Below are positions 46,801 to 63,800 of a stretch of 64,000 bases of DNA, in pieces; positions within the stretch are counted from its first letter, which is position 1, and each line of letters starts with the position of its first letter. The position numbers were made by a program, and so were the translations under genes. The notes under the pieces were generated by a model. That model saw only the letters and a list, made by a program, of their open reading frames with translations. It was not told the origin of the DNA and made no database searches. This DNA is from Eledone cirrhosa (lineage: Eukaryota): the NCBI GenBank assembly GCA_964016885.1, contig OZ024743.1, forward strand, positions 145,328,001-145,392,000, read 5' to 3'.

Positions 46801-49800
46801 AGCAACAACCATACACAAACACACACTAGTGATCTAAGATAGAATATAAATATACACAGATGCAATAGCGACAAGCATACACAAACACACACTAGTGACA
46901 CAAGCTAGAATGTAATTATACACAGATGCAATAGCAACAAACATACACAAACACACAGTAGTGACCAAAGATAGAATATAAATATACATAGATGCAATAG
47001 CAACAACCATACACAAACACACACTAGTGATCTAAGATAAATATAAATATACACAGATGCAATGGCAACAACGATACACAAACACACACTAGTGATCTAA
47101 GATAGAATATAAATATACACAGATGCAATAGCAACAACCATACACAAACACACAGTAGCGACCAAAGATAGAATATAAATATACATAGATTCAATAGCAA
47201 CAACCATACACAAACACACATTTGTGATCTAAGATAGAATATAAATATACACAGATGCAATAGCAACAACCATACACAAACACACACTAGTGACCAAAGA
47301 TAGAATATAAATATACATAGATGCAATAGCAACAACCGTACACAAACACACGCTAGTGATCTAAGATAGAATATAAATATACACAGATGCAATAGCAACA
47401 ACCATACACAAACACACACTAGTGATCTAAGATAGAATATAAATATACAGAAATGCAATAGCAACAACGATACACAAACACAGACTAGTGATCTAAGATA
47501 GAATATAAATATACGCAGATGCAATAGCGACAACCATACACAAACACACACTAGTGACCAAAGATAGAATATAAATATACATAGATGCAATAGCAACAAC
47601 CGTACACAAACACACACTAGTAACCAAAGATAGAATATAAATATACATATATGCAATATCAACAACCATACACAAACACACACTAGTGATCTAAGATAGA
47701 ATATAAATATACACAGATGCAATAGCGACAACCATACACAAACACACACTAGTGATCTAAGATAGAATATAAATATACACAGATGCAATAGCAACAACCA
47801 TACACAAACACACACTAGTGATCTAGGATAGAATATAAATATACACAGATTCAATAGCAACAACCATACACAAACAAACACTAGTGATCTAAGATAGAAT
47901 ATAAATATACACAGATGCAATAGCAACAACCATACACAAACACACACTAGTGATCTAAGATAGAATATAAATATTAACAGATGCAATAGAAACAACCATA
48001 CACAAACACACACTAGTGATCTAAGATAGAATATAAATATACGCAGATGCTATAGCAACAACCATACACAAAGACACACTAGTGATCTAAGATAGAATAT
48101 AAATATACACAGATGCAATAGCAACAACCATACACAAACACACACTAGTGACCTAAGATAGAATATAAATATACACACATGCAATAACAACAAACATACA
48201 CAAACACACATTAGTGACCAAAGATTGAATATAAATATACACAGATGCAATAGCAACAACGATACACAAACACACAGAGTGATGTAAGATAGAATATAAA
48301 TATACACAGATGCAAGTTTAACAACCATACACAAACACACACTAGTGATCTAAGATAGAATATAAATATACAACAGATGCAATAGCGTCAACCATACACA
48401 AACACACACTAGTGATCTAAGATAGAATATAAATATACACAGATGCAATAGCAACAACCATACACAAACACACACGAGTGATCTAAGATAGAATATAAAT
48501 ATACACAGATGCAATAGCAACAACCATACACAAACACACACTTGTGATCTAAGATAGAATATAAATATACACAGATGCAATGGCAACAACCAAACACAAA
48601 CACACACTAGTGATCTAAGATAGAATATAAATATACAGAGATGCAATAGCAACAACCATACACAAACACACACTAGTGATCTAAGATATAATATAAATAT
48701 ACGCAGATGCAATAGCAACAGCCATACACAAACACACACTAGTGATCTAAGATATAATATAAATATACACAGATCCAATAGCAACGACCATACAAAAACA
48801 CACAATACTGATCGAAGATAGAATATAAATATACGCAGATGCAATAGCAACAACCACATACAAACACACACTAGTGTTGTAAGATAGAATATAAATATTA
48901 ACAGATGCAATAGCAACAAACATACACAAACACACACTAGTGTTGTAAGATAGAATATAAATATACACACATGCAATAGCAGCAACCATACACAAACACA
49001 CACTAGTGATCAAAGATAGAATATAAATATACACAGATGCAATAGCAACGACCATACACAAACACACACTAGTGACACAAGATAGAATGTAAATATACAC
49101 AGATGCAATAGCAACAAACATACACAAACACACAGTAGTGACCAAAGATAGAATATAAATATACATAGATGCAATAGCAACAACCGTACACAAACACACA
49201 CTAGTGATCTAAGATAGAATATAAATATACACAGATGCAATAGCAACAACCATACACAAACACACACTAGTGATCTAAGATAGAATATAAATATACACAG
49301 ATGAAATAGCAACAACCATACACAAACACACACTAGTGACCAAACATAGAATATAAATATACAGAGATGCAATAGCAACAACGATACACAAACACACACT
49401 AGTGATCTAAGATAGAATATAAATATACGCAGATGCAATAGCGACAACCATACACAAACACACACTAGTGACCAAAGATAGAATATAAATATACATAGAT
49501 GCAATAGCAACAACCGTACACAAACACACACTAGTAACCAAAGATAGAATATAAATATACATATATGCAATATCAACAACCATACACAAACACACACTAG
49601 TGATCTAAGATAGAATATAAATATACACAGATGCAATAGCGACAACCATACACAAACACACACTAGTGACCAAACATAGAATATAAATATACATGGATGC
49701 AATAGCAACAACGATACACAAACACACACTAGTGATCTAAGATAGAATATAAATATACGCAGATGCAATAGCGACAACCATACACAAACACACAGTAGTG

Positions 49801-50299
49801 ACCAAAGATAGAATATAAATATACATAGATGCAATAGCAACAACCATACACAAACACACACTAGTGATCTAGGATAGAATATAAATATACACAGATTCAA
49901 TAGCAACAACCATACACAAACAAACACTAGTGATCTAAGATAGAATATAAATATACACAGATGCAATAGCAACAACCATACACAAACACACACTAGTGAT
50001 CTAAGATAGAATATAAATATTAACAGATGCAATAGCAACAACCATACACAAACACACACTAGTGATCTAAGATAGAATATAAATATACGCAGATGCTATA
50101 GCAACAACCATACACAAAGACACACTAGTGATCTAAGATAGAATATAAATATACACAGACGCAATAGCAACAACCATACACAAACACACACTAGTGACCT
50201 AAGATAGAATATAAATATACACACATGCAATAACAACAAACATACACAAACACACATTAGTGACCAAAGATTGAATATAAATATACACAGATGCAATAG

Positions 50300-53160
50300 C
50301 AACAACGATACACAAACACACAGAGTGATGTAAGATAGAATATAAATGTACACAGATGCAAGTTTAACAACCATACACAAACACACACTAGTGATCTAAG
50401 ATAGAATATAAATATACAACAGATGCAATAGCGACAAGCATACACAAACACACACTAGTGATCTAAGATAGAATATAAATATACGCAGATGCAATAGCAA
50501 CAACCATACACAAACACACACTAGTGATCTAAGATAGAATATAAATATACACAGATGCAATAGCAACAACCATACACAAACACACACTAGTGACCTAAGA
50601 TAGAATATAAATATACACAGATGCAATAGCGACAACCATACACAAACACACACTAGTGATCTAAGATAGAATATAAATATACACAGATGCAATGGCAACA
50701 ACGATACACAAACACACAGTACTGACCAAAGATAGAATATAAATATACATAGATTCAATAGCAACAACCATACACAAACACACATTAGTGATCTAAGATA
50801 GAATATAAATATACACAGATGCAATAGCAACAACCATACACAAACACACACTAGTGACCAAAGATAGAATATAAATATACATAGATGCAATAGCAACAAC
50901 CGTACACAAAGACACGCTAGTGATCTAAGATAGAATATAAATATACACAGATGCAATAGCAACAACCATACACAAACACACACTAGTGATCTAAGATAGA
51001 ATATAAATATACACAAATGAAATAGCAACAACCATACACAAACACACACTAGTGACCAAAGATAGAATATAAATATACAGAGATGCAATAGCAACAACGA
51101 TACACAAACACACACTAGTGATCTAAGATAGAATATAAATATACGCAGATGCAATAGCGACAACCATACACAAACACACACTAGTGACCAAAGATAGAAT
51201 ATAAATATACATATATGCAATAGCAACAACCATACACAAACACACACTAGTGATCTAAGATAGAATATAAATATACACAGATGCAATAGCGACAAGCATA
51301 CACAAACACACACTAGTGACCAAACATAGAATATAAATATACAGAGATGCAATAGCAACAACGATACACAAACACACACTAGTGATCTAAGATAGAATAT
51401 AAATATACGCAGATGCAATAGCGACAACCATACACAAACACACAGTAGTGACCAAAGATAGAATATAAATATACATAAATGCAATAGCAACAACCATACA
51501 CAAACACACACTAGTGATCAAAGATAGAATATAAATATACACAGATGCAATAGCAACGACCATACACAAACACACACTAGTGACACAAGATAGAATGTAA
51601 ATATACACAGATGCAATAGCAACAAACATACACAAACACACAGTCGTGACCAAAGATAGAATATAAATATACATAGATGCAATAGCAACAACCGTACACA
51701 AACACACAGTAGTGATCTAAGATAGAATATAAATATACACAGATGCAATAGCAACAACGATACACAAACACACAGAGTGATGTAAGATAGAATATAAATG
51801 TACACAGATGCAAGTTTAACAACCATACACAAACACACACTAGTGATCTAAGATAGAATATAAATATACAACAGATGCAATAGCGACAAGCATACACAAA
51901 CACACACTAGTGATCTAAGATAGAATATAAATATACACAGATGCAATAGCAACAACCATACACAAACACACACTAGTGATCTAAGATAGAATATAAATAT
52001 ACACAGATGCAATAGCAACAACCATACACAAACACACACTAGTGACCTAAGATAGAATATAAATATACACAGATGCAATAGCGACAACCATACACAAACA
52101 CACACTAGTGATCTAAGATAGAATATAAATATACACAGATGCAATGGCAACAACGATACACAAACACACAGTAGTGACCAAAGATAGGATATAAATATAC
52201 ATAGATTCAATAGCAACAACCATACACAAACACACATTAGTGATCTAAGATAGAATATAAATATACACAGATGCAATAGCAACAACCATACACAAACACA
52301 CACTAGTGACCAAAGATAGAATATAAATATACATAGATGCAATAGCAACAACCGTACACAAAGACACGCTATTGATCTAAGATAGAATATAAATATACAC
52401 AGATGCAATAGCAACAACCATACACAAACACACACTAGTGATCTAAGATAGAATATAAATATACACAAATGAAATAGCAACAACCATACACAAACACACA
52501 CTAGTGACCAAAGATAGAATATAAATATACAGAGATGCAATAGCAACAACGATACACAAACACACACTAGTGATCTAAGATAGAATATAAATATACGCAG
52601 ATGCAATAGCGACAACCATACACAAACACACACTAGTGACCAAAGATAGAATATAAATATACATATATGCAATAGCAACAACCATACACAAACACACACT
52701 AGTGATCTAAGATAGAATATAAATATACACAGATGCAATAGCGACAAGCATACACAAACACACACTAGTGACCAAACATAGAATATAAATATACAGAGAT
52801 GCAATAGCAACAACGATACACAAACACACACTAGTGATCTAAGATAGAATATAAATATACGCAGATGCAATAGCGACAACCATACACAAACACACAGTAG
52901 TGACCAAAGGTAGAATATAAATATACATAGATGCAATAGCAACAACCATACACAAACACACACTAGTGATCAAAGATAGAATATAAATATACACAGATGC
53001 AATAGCAACGACCATACACAAACACACACTAGTGACACAAGATAGAATGTAAATATACACAGATGCAATAGCAACAAACATACACAAACACACAGTAGTG
53101 ACCAAAGATAGAATATAAATATACATAGATGCAATAGCAACAACCGTACACAAACACACA
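50300..53160. repeat. Higher-order tandem duplication, period 1452 bp (22 monomers)
   Basis: Pairs 50396/51848 and 51387/52839 give near-identical translations. Shared variants AAAGACACGCTA and CACAAATGAAAT. Boundaries approximate. Confidence 0.8.
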
Positions 53161-55379
53161 CTAGTGATCTAAGATAGAATATAAATATACACAGATGCAA
53201 TAGCAACAACCATACACAAACACACACTAGTGATCTAAGATAGAATATAAATATACACAGATGAAATAGCAACAACCATACACAAACACACACTAGTGAC
53301 CAAACATAGAATATAAATATACAGAGATGCAATAGCAACAACGATACACAAACACACACTAGTGATCTAAGATAGAATATGAATATACGCAGATGCAATA
53401 GCGACAACCATACACAAACACACACTAGTGACCAAAGATAGAATATAAATATACATAGATGCAATAGCAACAACCGTACACAAACACACACTAGTAACCA
53501 AAGATAGAATATAAATATACATATATGCAATATCAACAACCATACACAAACACACACTAGTGATCTAAGATAGAATATAAATATACACAGATGCAATAGC
53601 GACAACCATACACAAACACACACTAGTGACCAAACATAGAATATAAATATACATGGATGCAATAGCAACAACGATACACAAACACACACTAGTGATCTAA
53701 GATAGAATATAAATATACGCAGATGCAATAGCGACAACCATACACAAACACACAGTAGTGACCAAAGATAGAATATAAATATACATAGATGCAATAGCAA
53801 CAACCATACACAAACACACACTAGTGATCTAAGATAGAATATAAATATACACAGATGCAATGGCAACAACGATACACAAACACACACTAGTGATCTAAGA
53901 TAGAATATAAATATACACAGATGCAATAGCAACAACCATACACAAACACACACTAGTGATCTAGGATAGAATATAAATATACACAGATTCAATAGCAACA
54001 ACCATACACAAACAAACACTAGTGATCTAAGATAGAATATAAATATACACAGATGCAATAGCAACAACCATACACAAACACACACTAGTGATCTAAGATA
54101 GAATATAAATATTAACAGATGCAATAGCAACAACCATACACAAACACACACTAGTGATCTAAGATAGAATATAAATATACGCAGATGCTATAGCAACAAC
54201 CATACACAAAGACACACTAGTGATCTAAGATAGAATATAAATATACACAGACGCAATAGCAACAACCATACACAAACACACACTAGTGACCTAAGATAGA
54301 ATATAAATATACACACATGCAATAACAACAAACATACACAAACACACATTAGTGACCAAAGATTGAATATAAATATACACAGATGCAATAGCAACAACGA
54401 TACACAAACACACAGAGTGATGTAAGATAGAATATAAATGTACACAGATGCAAGTTTAACAACCATACACAAACACACACTAGTGATCTAAGATAGAATA
54501 TAAATATACAACAGATGCAATAGCGACAAGCATACACAAACACACACTAGTGATCTAAGATAGAATATAAATATACACAGATGCAATAGCAACAACCATA
54601 CACAAACACACACTAGTGATCTAAGATAGAATATAAATATACACAGATGCAATAGCAACAACCATACACAAACACACACTAGTGACCTAAGATAGAATAT
54701 AAATATACACAGATGCAATAGCGACAACCATACACAAACACACACTAGTGATCTAAGATAGAATATAAATATACACAGATGCAATGGCAACAACGATACA
54801 CAAACACACAGTAGTGACCAAAGATAGAATATAAATATACATAGATTCAATAGCAACAACCATACACAAACACACATTAGTGATCTAAGATAGAATATAA
54901 ATATACACAGATGCAATAGCAACAACCATACACAAACACACACTAGTGACCAAAGATAGAATATAAATATACATAGATGCAATAGCAACAACCGTACACA
55001 AACACACGCTAGTGATCTACGATAGAATATAAATATACACAGATGCAATAGCAACAACCATACACAAACACACACTAGTGATCTAAGATAGAATATAAAT
55101 ATACACAAATGAAATAGCAACAACCATACACAAACACACACTAGTGACCAAAGATAGAATATAAATATACAGAGATGCAATAGCAACAACGATACACAAA
55201 CACACACTAGTGATCTAAGATAGAATATAAATATACGCAGATGCAATAGCGACAACCATACACAAACACACACTAGTGACCAAAGATAGAATATAAATAT
55301 ACATATATGCAATAGCAACAACCATACACAAACACACACTAGTGATCTAAGATAGAATATAAATATACACAGATGCAAT

Positions 55380-58300
55380 AGCGACAAGCATACACAAACA
55401 CACACTAGTGACCAAACATAGAATATAAATATACAGAGATGCAATAGCAACAACGATACACAAACACACACTAGTGATCTAAGATAGAATATAAATATAC
55501 GCAGATGCAATAGCGACAACCATACACAAACACACAGTAGTGACCAAAGATAGAATATAAATATACATAGATGCAATAGCAACAACCATACACAAACACA
55601 CACTAGTGATCTAAGATAGAATATAAATATACACAGATGCAATGGCAACAACGATACACAAACACACACTAGTGATCTAGGATAGAATATAAATATACAC
55701 AGATTCAATAGCAACAACCATACACAAACAAACACTAGTGATCTAAGATAGAATATAAATATACACAGATGCAATAGCAACAACCATACACAAACACACA
55801 CTAGTGATCTAAGATAGAATATAAATATTAACAGATGCAATAGCAACAACCATACACAAACACACACTAGTGATCTAAGATAGAATATAAATATACACAG
55901 ATGCAATGGCAACAACCAAACACAAACACACACTAGTGATCTAAGATAGAATATAAATATACAGAGATGCAATAGCAACAACCATACACAAACACACACT
56001 AGTGATCTAAGATATAATATAAATATACGCAGATGCAATAGCAACAGCCATACACAAACACACACTAGTGATCTAAGATATAATATAAATATACACAGAT
56101 ACAATAGCAACGACCATACAAAAACACACACTACTGATCTAAGATAGAATATAAATATACGCAGATGCAATAGCAACAACCATACACAAACACACACTAG
56201 TGTTGTAAGATAGAATATAAATATTAACAGATGCAATAGCAACAAACATACACAAACACACACTAGTGTTGTAAGATAGAATATAAATATACACACATGC
56301 AATAGCAACAACCATACACAAACACACACTAGTGATCAAAGATAGAATATAAATATACACAGATGCAATAGCAACAACCATACACAAACACACACTAGTG
56401 ACACAAGATAGAATGTAAATATACACAGATGCAATAGCAACAACCATACACAAACACACAGTAGTGACCAAAGATAGAATATAAATATGCATAGATGCAA
56501 TAGCAACAACCATACACAAACACACACTAGTGATCTAAGATAGAATATAAATATACACAGATGCAATGGCAACAACGATACACAAACACACACTAGTGGT
56601 CTAAGATAGAATATAAATATACACAGATGCAATAGCAACAACCATACACAAACACACAGTAGTGACCAAAGATAGAATATAAATATACATAGATTCAATA
56701 GCAACAACCATACACAAACACACATTAGTGATCTAAGATAGAATATAAATATACACAGATGCAATAGCAACAACCATACACAAACACACACTAGTGACCA
56801 AAGATAGAATATAAATATACATAGATGCAATAGCAACAACGATACACAAACACACACTAGTGATCTAAGATAGAATATAAATATACACAGATGCAATAGC
56901 AACAACCATACACAAACACACACTAGTGATCTAAGGTAGAATATAAATATACACAGATGAAATAGCAACAACCATACACAAACACACACTAGTGACCAAA
57001 CATAGAATATAAATATACAGAGATGCAATAGCAACAACGATACACAAACACACACTAGTGATCTAAGATAGAATATAAATATACGCAGATGCAATAGCGA
57101 CAACCATACACAAACACACACTAGTGACCAAAGATAGAATATAAATATACATAGATGCAATAGCAACAACCGTACACAAACACACACTAGTAACCAAAGA
57201 TAGAATATAAATATACATATATGCAATAGCAACAACCATACACAAACACACACTAGTGATCTAAGATAGAATATAAATATACACAGATGCAATAGCAACA
57301 ACCATACACAAAGACACACCAGTGATCTAAGATAGAATATAAATATACACAGATGCAATGGCAACAACCATACACAAACACACACTAGTGACCATACATA
57401 GAATATAAATATACAGAGATGCAATAGCAACAACGATACACAAACACACACTAGAGATCTAAGATAGAATATAAATATACGCAGATGCAATAGCGACAAC
57501 CATACACAAACACACAGTAGTGACCAAAGATAGAATATAAATATACATAGATGCAATAGCAACAACCATACACAAACACACACTAGTGATCTAAGATAGA
57601 ATATAAATATACACAGATGCAATGGCAACAACGATACACAAACACACACTAGTGATCTAAGATAGAATATAAATATACGCAGATGCAATAGCGACAACCA
57701 TACACAAACACACACTAGTGACCAAAGATAGAATATAAATATACATAGATGCAATAGCAACAACCGTACGCAAACACACACTAGTGACACAAGATAGAAT
57801 GTAAATATACACAGATGCAATAGCAACAACCATACACAAACACACAGTAGTGATCTAAGATAGAATATAAATATACACAGATGCAATGGCAACAACCATA
57901 CACAAACACACACTAGTGACCAAAGATAGAATATAAATATACATAGATGCAATAGCAACAACCATACACAAACACACACTAGTGATCTAAGATAGAATAT
58001 AAATATACACAGATGCAATGGCAACAACGATAGACAAACACACACTAGTGATCTAAGATAGAATATAAATATACACAGATGCAATAGCAACAACCATACA
58101 CAAACACACACTAGTGGTCTAGGATAGAATATAAATATACACAGATTCAATAGCAACAACCATACACAAACAAACACTAGTGATCTAAGATAGAATATAA
58201 ATATACACAGATGCAATAGCAACAACGATACACAAACACACACTAGTGATCTAAGATAGAATATAAATATACGCAGATGCAATAGCGACAACCATACACA

Positions 58301-60850
58301 AACACACAGTAGTGACCAGAGATAGAATATAAATATACATAGATGCAATAGCAACAACCATACACAAACACACACTAGTGATCTAAGATAGAATATAAAT
58401 ATACAGAGATGCAATAGCAACAACGATACACAAACACACACTAGTGATCTAAGATAGAATATAAATATACGCAGATGCAATAGCGACAACCATACACAAA
58501 CACACACTAGTGACCAAAGATAGAATATAAATATACATATATGCAATAGCAACAACCATACACAAACACACACTAGTGATCTAAGATAGAATATAAATAT
58601 ACACAGATGCAATAGCGACAAGCATACACAAACACACACTAGTGACCAAACATAGAATATAAATATACAGAGATGCAATAGCAACAACGATACACAAACA
58701 CACACTAGTGATCTAAGATAGAATATAAATATACGCAGATGCAATAGCGACAACCATACACAAACACACAGTAGTGACCAAAGATAGAATATAAATATAC
58801 ATAGATGCAATAGCAACAACCATACACAAACACACACTAGTGATCTAAGATAGAATATAAATATACACAGATGCAATGGCAACAACGATACACAAACACA
58901 CACTAGTGATCTAAGATAGAATATAAATATACACAGATGCAATAGCAACAACCATACACAAACACAGACTAGTGATCTAGGATAGAATATAAATATACAC
59001 AGATTCAATAGCAACAACCATACACAAACAAACACTAGTGATCTAAGATAGAATATAAATATACACAGATGCAATAGCAACAACCATACACAAACACACA
59101 CTAGTGATCTAAGATAGAATATAAATATTAACAGATGCAATAGCAACAACCATACACAAACACACACTAGTGATCTAAGATAGAATATAAATATACACAG
59201 ATGCAATGGCAACAACCAAACACAAACACACACTAGTGATCTAAGATAGAATATAAATATACAGAGATGCAATAGCAACAACCATACACAAACACACACT
59301 AGTGATCTAAGATATAATATAAATATACGCAGATGCAATAGCAACAGCCATACACAAACACACACTAGTGATCTAAGATATAATATAAATATACACAGAT
59401 CCAATAGCAACGACCATACAAAAACACACACTACTGATCTAAGATAGAATATAAATATACGCAGATGCAATAGCAACAACCATACACAAACACACACTAG
59501 TGTTGTAAGATAGAATATAAATATTAACAGATGCAATAGCAACAAACATACACAAACACACACTAGTGTTGTAAGATAGAATATAAATATACACACATGC
59601 AATAGCAACAACCATACACAAACACACACTAGTGATCAAAGATAGAATATAAATATACACAGATGCAATAGCAACAACCATACACAAACACACACTAGTG
59701 ACACAAGATAGAATGTAAATATACACAGATGCAATAGCAACAACCATACACAAACACACAGTAGTGACCAAAGATAGAATATAAATATGCATAGATGCAA
59801 TAGCAACAACCATACACAAACACACACTAGTGATCTAAGATAGAATATAAATATACACAGATGCAATGGCAACAACGATACACAAACACACACTAGTGGT
59901 CTAAGATAGAATATAAATATACACAGATGCAATAGCAACAACCATACACAAACACACAGTAGTGACCAAAGATAGAATATAAATATACATAGATTCAATA
60001 GCAACAACCATACACAAACACACATTAGTGATCTAAGATAGAATATAAATATACACAGATGCAATAGCAACAACCATACACAAACACACACTAGTGACCA
60101 AAGATAGAATATAAATATACATAGATGCAATAGCAACAACCGTACACAAACACACACTAGTGATCTAAGATAGAATATAAATATACACAGATGCAATAGC
60201 AACAACCATACACAAACACACACTAGTGATCTAAGATAGAATATAAATATACACAGATGAAATAGCAACAAACATACACAAACACACACTAGTGACCAAA
60301 CATAGAATATAAATATACAGAGATGCAATAGCAACAACGATACACAAACACACACTAGTGATCTAAGATAGAATATAAATATACGCAGATGCAATAGCGA
60401 CAACCATACACAAACACACACTAGTGACCAAAGATAGAATATAAATATACATAGATGCAATAGCAACAACCGTACACAAACACACACTAGTAACCAAAGA
60501 TAGAATATAAATATACATATATGCAATAGCAACAACCATACACAAACACACACTAGTGATCTAAGATAGAATATAAATATACACAGATGCAATAGCAACA
60601 ACCATACACAAAGACACACCAGTGATCTAAGATAGAATATAAATATACACAGATGCAATGGCAACAACCATACACAAACACACACTAGTGACCAAACATA
60701 GAATATAAATATACAGAGATGCAATAGCAACAACGATACACAAACACACACTAGAGATCTAAGATAGAATATAAATATACGCAGATGCAATAGCGACAAC
60801 CATACACAAACACACAGTAGTGACCAAAGATAGAATATAAATATACATAG
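55380..60850. repeat. Higher-order duplication, period 3300 bp (50 monomers)
   Basis: Pairs 56139/59439, 56336/59636 and 57063/60363. Shared rare variant ATATGCATAG at about 56485 and 59785. Boundaries approximate. Confidence 0.8.
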
Positions 60851-63800
60851 ATGCAATAGCAACAACCGTACACAAACACACACTAGTGACACAAGATAGA
60901 ATGTAAATATACACAGATGCAATAGCAACAACCATACACAAACACACACTAGTGACCAAACATAGAATATAAATATACAGAGATGCAATAGCAACAACGA
61001 TACACAAACACACACTAGAGATCTAAGATAGAATATAAATATACGCAGATGCAATAGCGACAACCATACACAAACACACAGTAGTGACCAAAGATAGAAT
61101 ATAAATATACATAGATGCAATAGCAACAACCATACACAAACACACACTAGTGATCTAAGATAGAATATAAATATACAGAGATGCAATAGCAACAACGATA
61201 CACAAACACACACTAGTGATCTAAGATAGAATATAAATATACGCAGATGCAATAGCGACAACCATACACAAACACACAGTAGTGACCAAAGATAGAATAT
61301 AAATATACATAGATGCAATAGCAACAACCATACACAAACACACACTAGTGATCTAAGATAGAATATAAATATACACAGATGCAATGGCAACAACGATACA
61401 CAAACACACACTAGTGATCTAAGATAGAATATAAATATACGCAGATGCAATAGCGACAACCATACACAAACACACACTAGTGACCAAAGGTAGAATATAA
61501 ATATACATAGATGCAATAGCAACAACCGTACACAAACACACACTAGTGACACAAGATAGAATGTAAATATACACAGATGCAATAGCAACAACCATACACA
61601 AACACACAGTAGTGATCTAAGATAGAATATAAATATACACAGATGCAATGGCAACAACCATACACAAACACACACTAGTGACCAAAGATAGAATATAAAT
61701 ATACATAGATGCAATAGCAACAACCATACACAAACACACACTAGTGATCTAAGATAGAATATAAATATACACAGATGCAATGGCAACAACGATAGACAAA
61801 CACACACTAGTGATCTAAGATAGAATATAAATATACACAGATGCAATAGCAACAACCATACACAAACACACACTAGTGGTCTAGGATAGAATATAAATAT
61901 ACACAGATTCAATAGCAACAACCATACACAAACAAACACTAGTGATCTAAGATAGAATATAAATATACACAGATGCAATAGCAACAACGATACACAAACA
62001 CACACTAGTGATCTAAGATAGAATATAAATATACGCAGATGCAATAGCGACAACCGTACACAAACACACAGTAGTGACCAACGATAGAATATAAATATAC
62101 ATAGATGCAATAGCAACAACCATACACAAACACACACTAGTGATCTAAGATAGAATATAAATATACACAGATGCAATGGCAACAACGATACACAAACACA
62201 CACTAGTGATCTAAGATAGAATATAAATATACACAGATGCAATAGCAACAACCATACACAAAAACACACTAGTGATCTAAGATAGAATATAAATATACAC
62301 AGATGCAATAGCAACAACCATACACAAACACACACTAGTGATCTAGGATAGAATATAAATATACACAGATGCAATAGCAACAACCATACACAAACACACA
62401 CTAGTGATCTAAGATAGAATATAAATATACACAGATGAAATAGCAACAACCATACACAAACACACACTAGTGACCAAACATAGAATATTAATATACAGAG
62501 ATGCAATAGCAACAACGATACACAAACACACACTAGTGATCTAAGATAGAATATAAATATACGCAGATGCAATAGCGACAACCATACACAAACACACACT
62601 AGTGACCAAAGATAGAATATAAATATACATAGATGCAATAGCAACAACCGTACACAAACACACACTAGTAACCAAAGATAGAATATAAATATACATATAT
62701 GCAATAGCAACAACCATACACAAACACACACTAGTGATCTAAGATAGAATATAAATATACACAGATGCAATAGCAACAACCATACACAAAGACACACCAG
62801 TGATCTAAGATAGAATATAAATATACACAGATGCAATGGCAACAACCATACACAAACACACACTAGTGACCAAACATAGAATATAAATATACAGAGATGC
62901 AATAGCAACAACGATACACAAACACACACTAGAGATCTAAGATAGAATATAAATATACGCAGATGCAATAGCGACAACCATACACAAACACACAGTAGTG
63001 ACCAAAGATAGAATATAAATATACATAGATGCAATAGCAACAACCATACACAAACACACACTAGTGATCTAAGATAGAATATAAATATACGCAGATGCAA
63101 TAGCAACAACCATACACAAACACACACTAGTGTTGTAAGATAGAATATAAATATTAACAGATGCAATAGCAACAAACATACACAAACACACACTAGTGTT
63201 GTAAGATAGAATATAAATATACACACATGCAATAGCAGCAACCATACACAAACACACACTAGTGATCAAAGATAGAATATAAATATACACAGATGCAATA
63301 GCAACGACCATACACAAACACACACTAGTGACACAAGATAGAATGTAAATATACACAGATGCAATAGCAACAAACATACACAAACACACAGTAGTGACCA
63401 AAGATAGAATATAAATATACATAGATGCAATAGCAACAACCATACACAAACACACAGAGTGATGTAAGATAGAATATAAATATACACAGATGCAAGTTTA
63501 ACAACCATACACAAACACACACTAGTGATCTAAGATAGAATATAAATATACAACAGATGCAATAGCGACAACCATACACAAACACACACTAGTGATCTAA
63601 GATAGAATATAAATATACACAGATGCAATAGCAACAACCATACACAAACACACACTAGTGATCTAAGATGGAATATAAATATACACAGATGCAATAGCAA
63701 CAACCATACACAAACACACACTAGTGACCTAAGATAGAATATAAATATACACAGATGCAATAGCGACAACCATACACAAACACACACTAGTGATCTAAGA

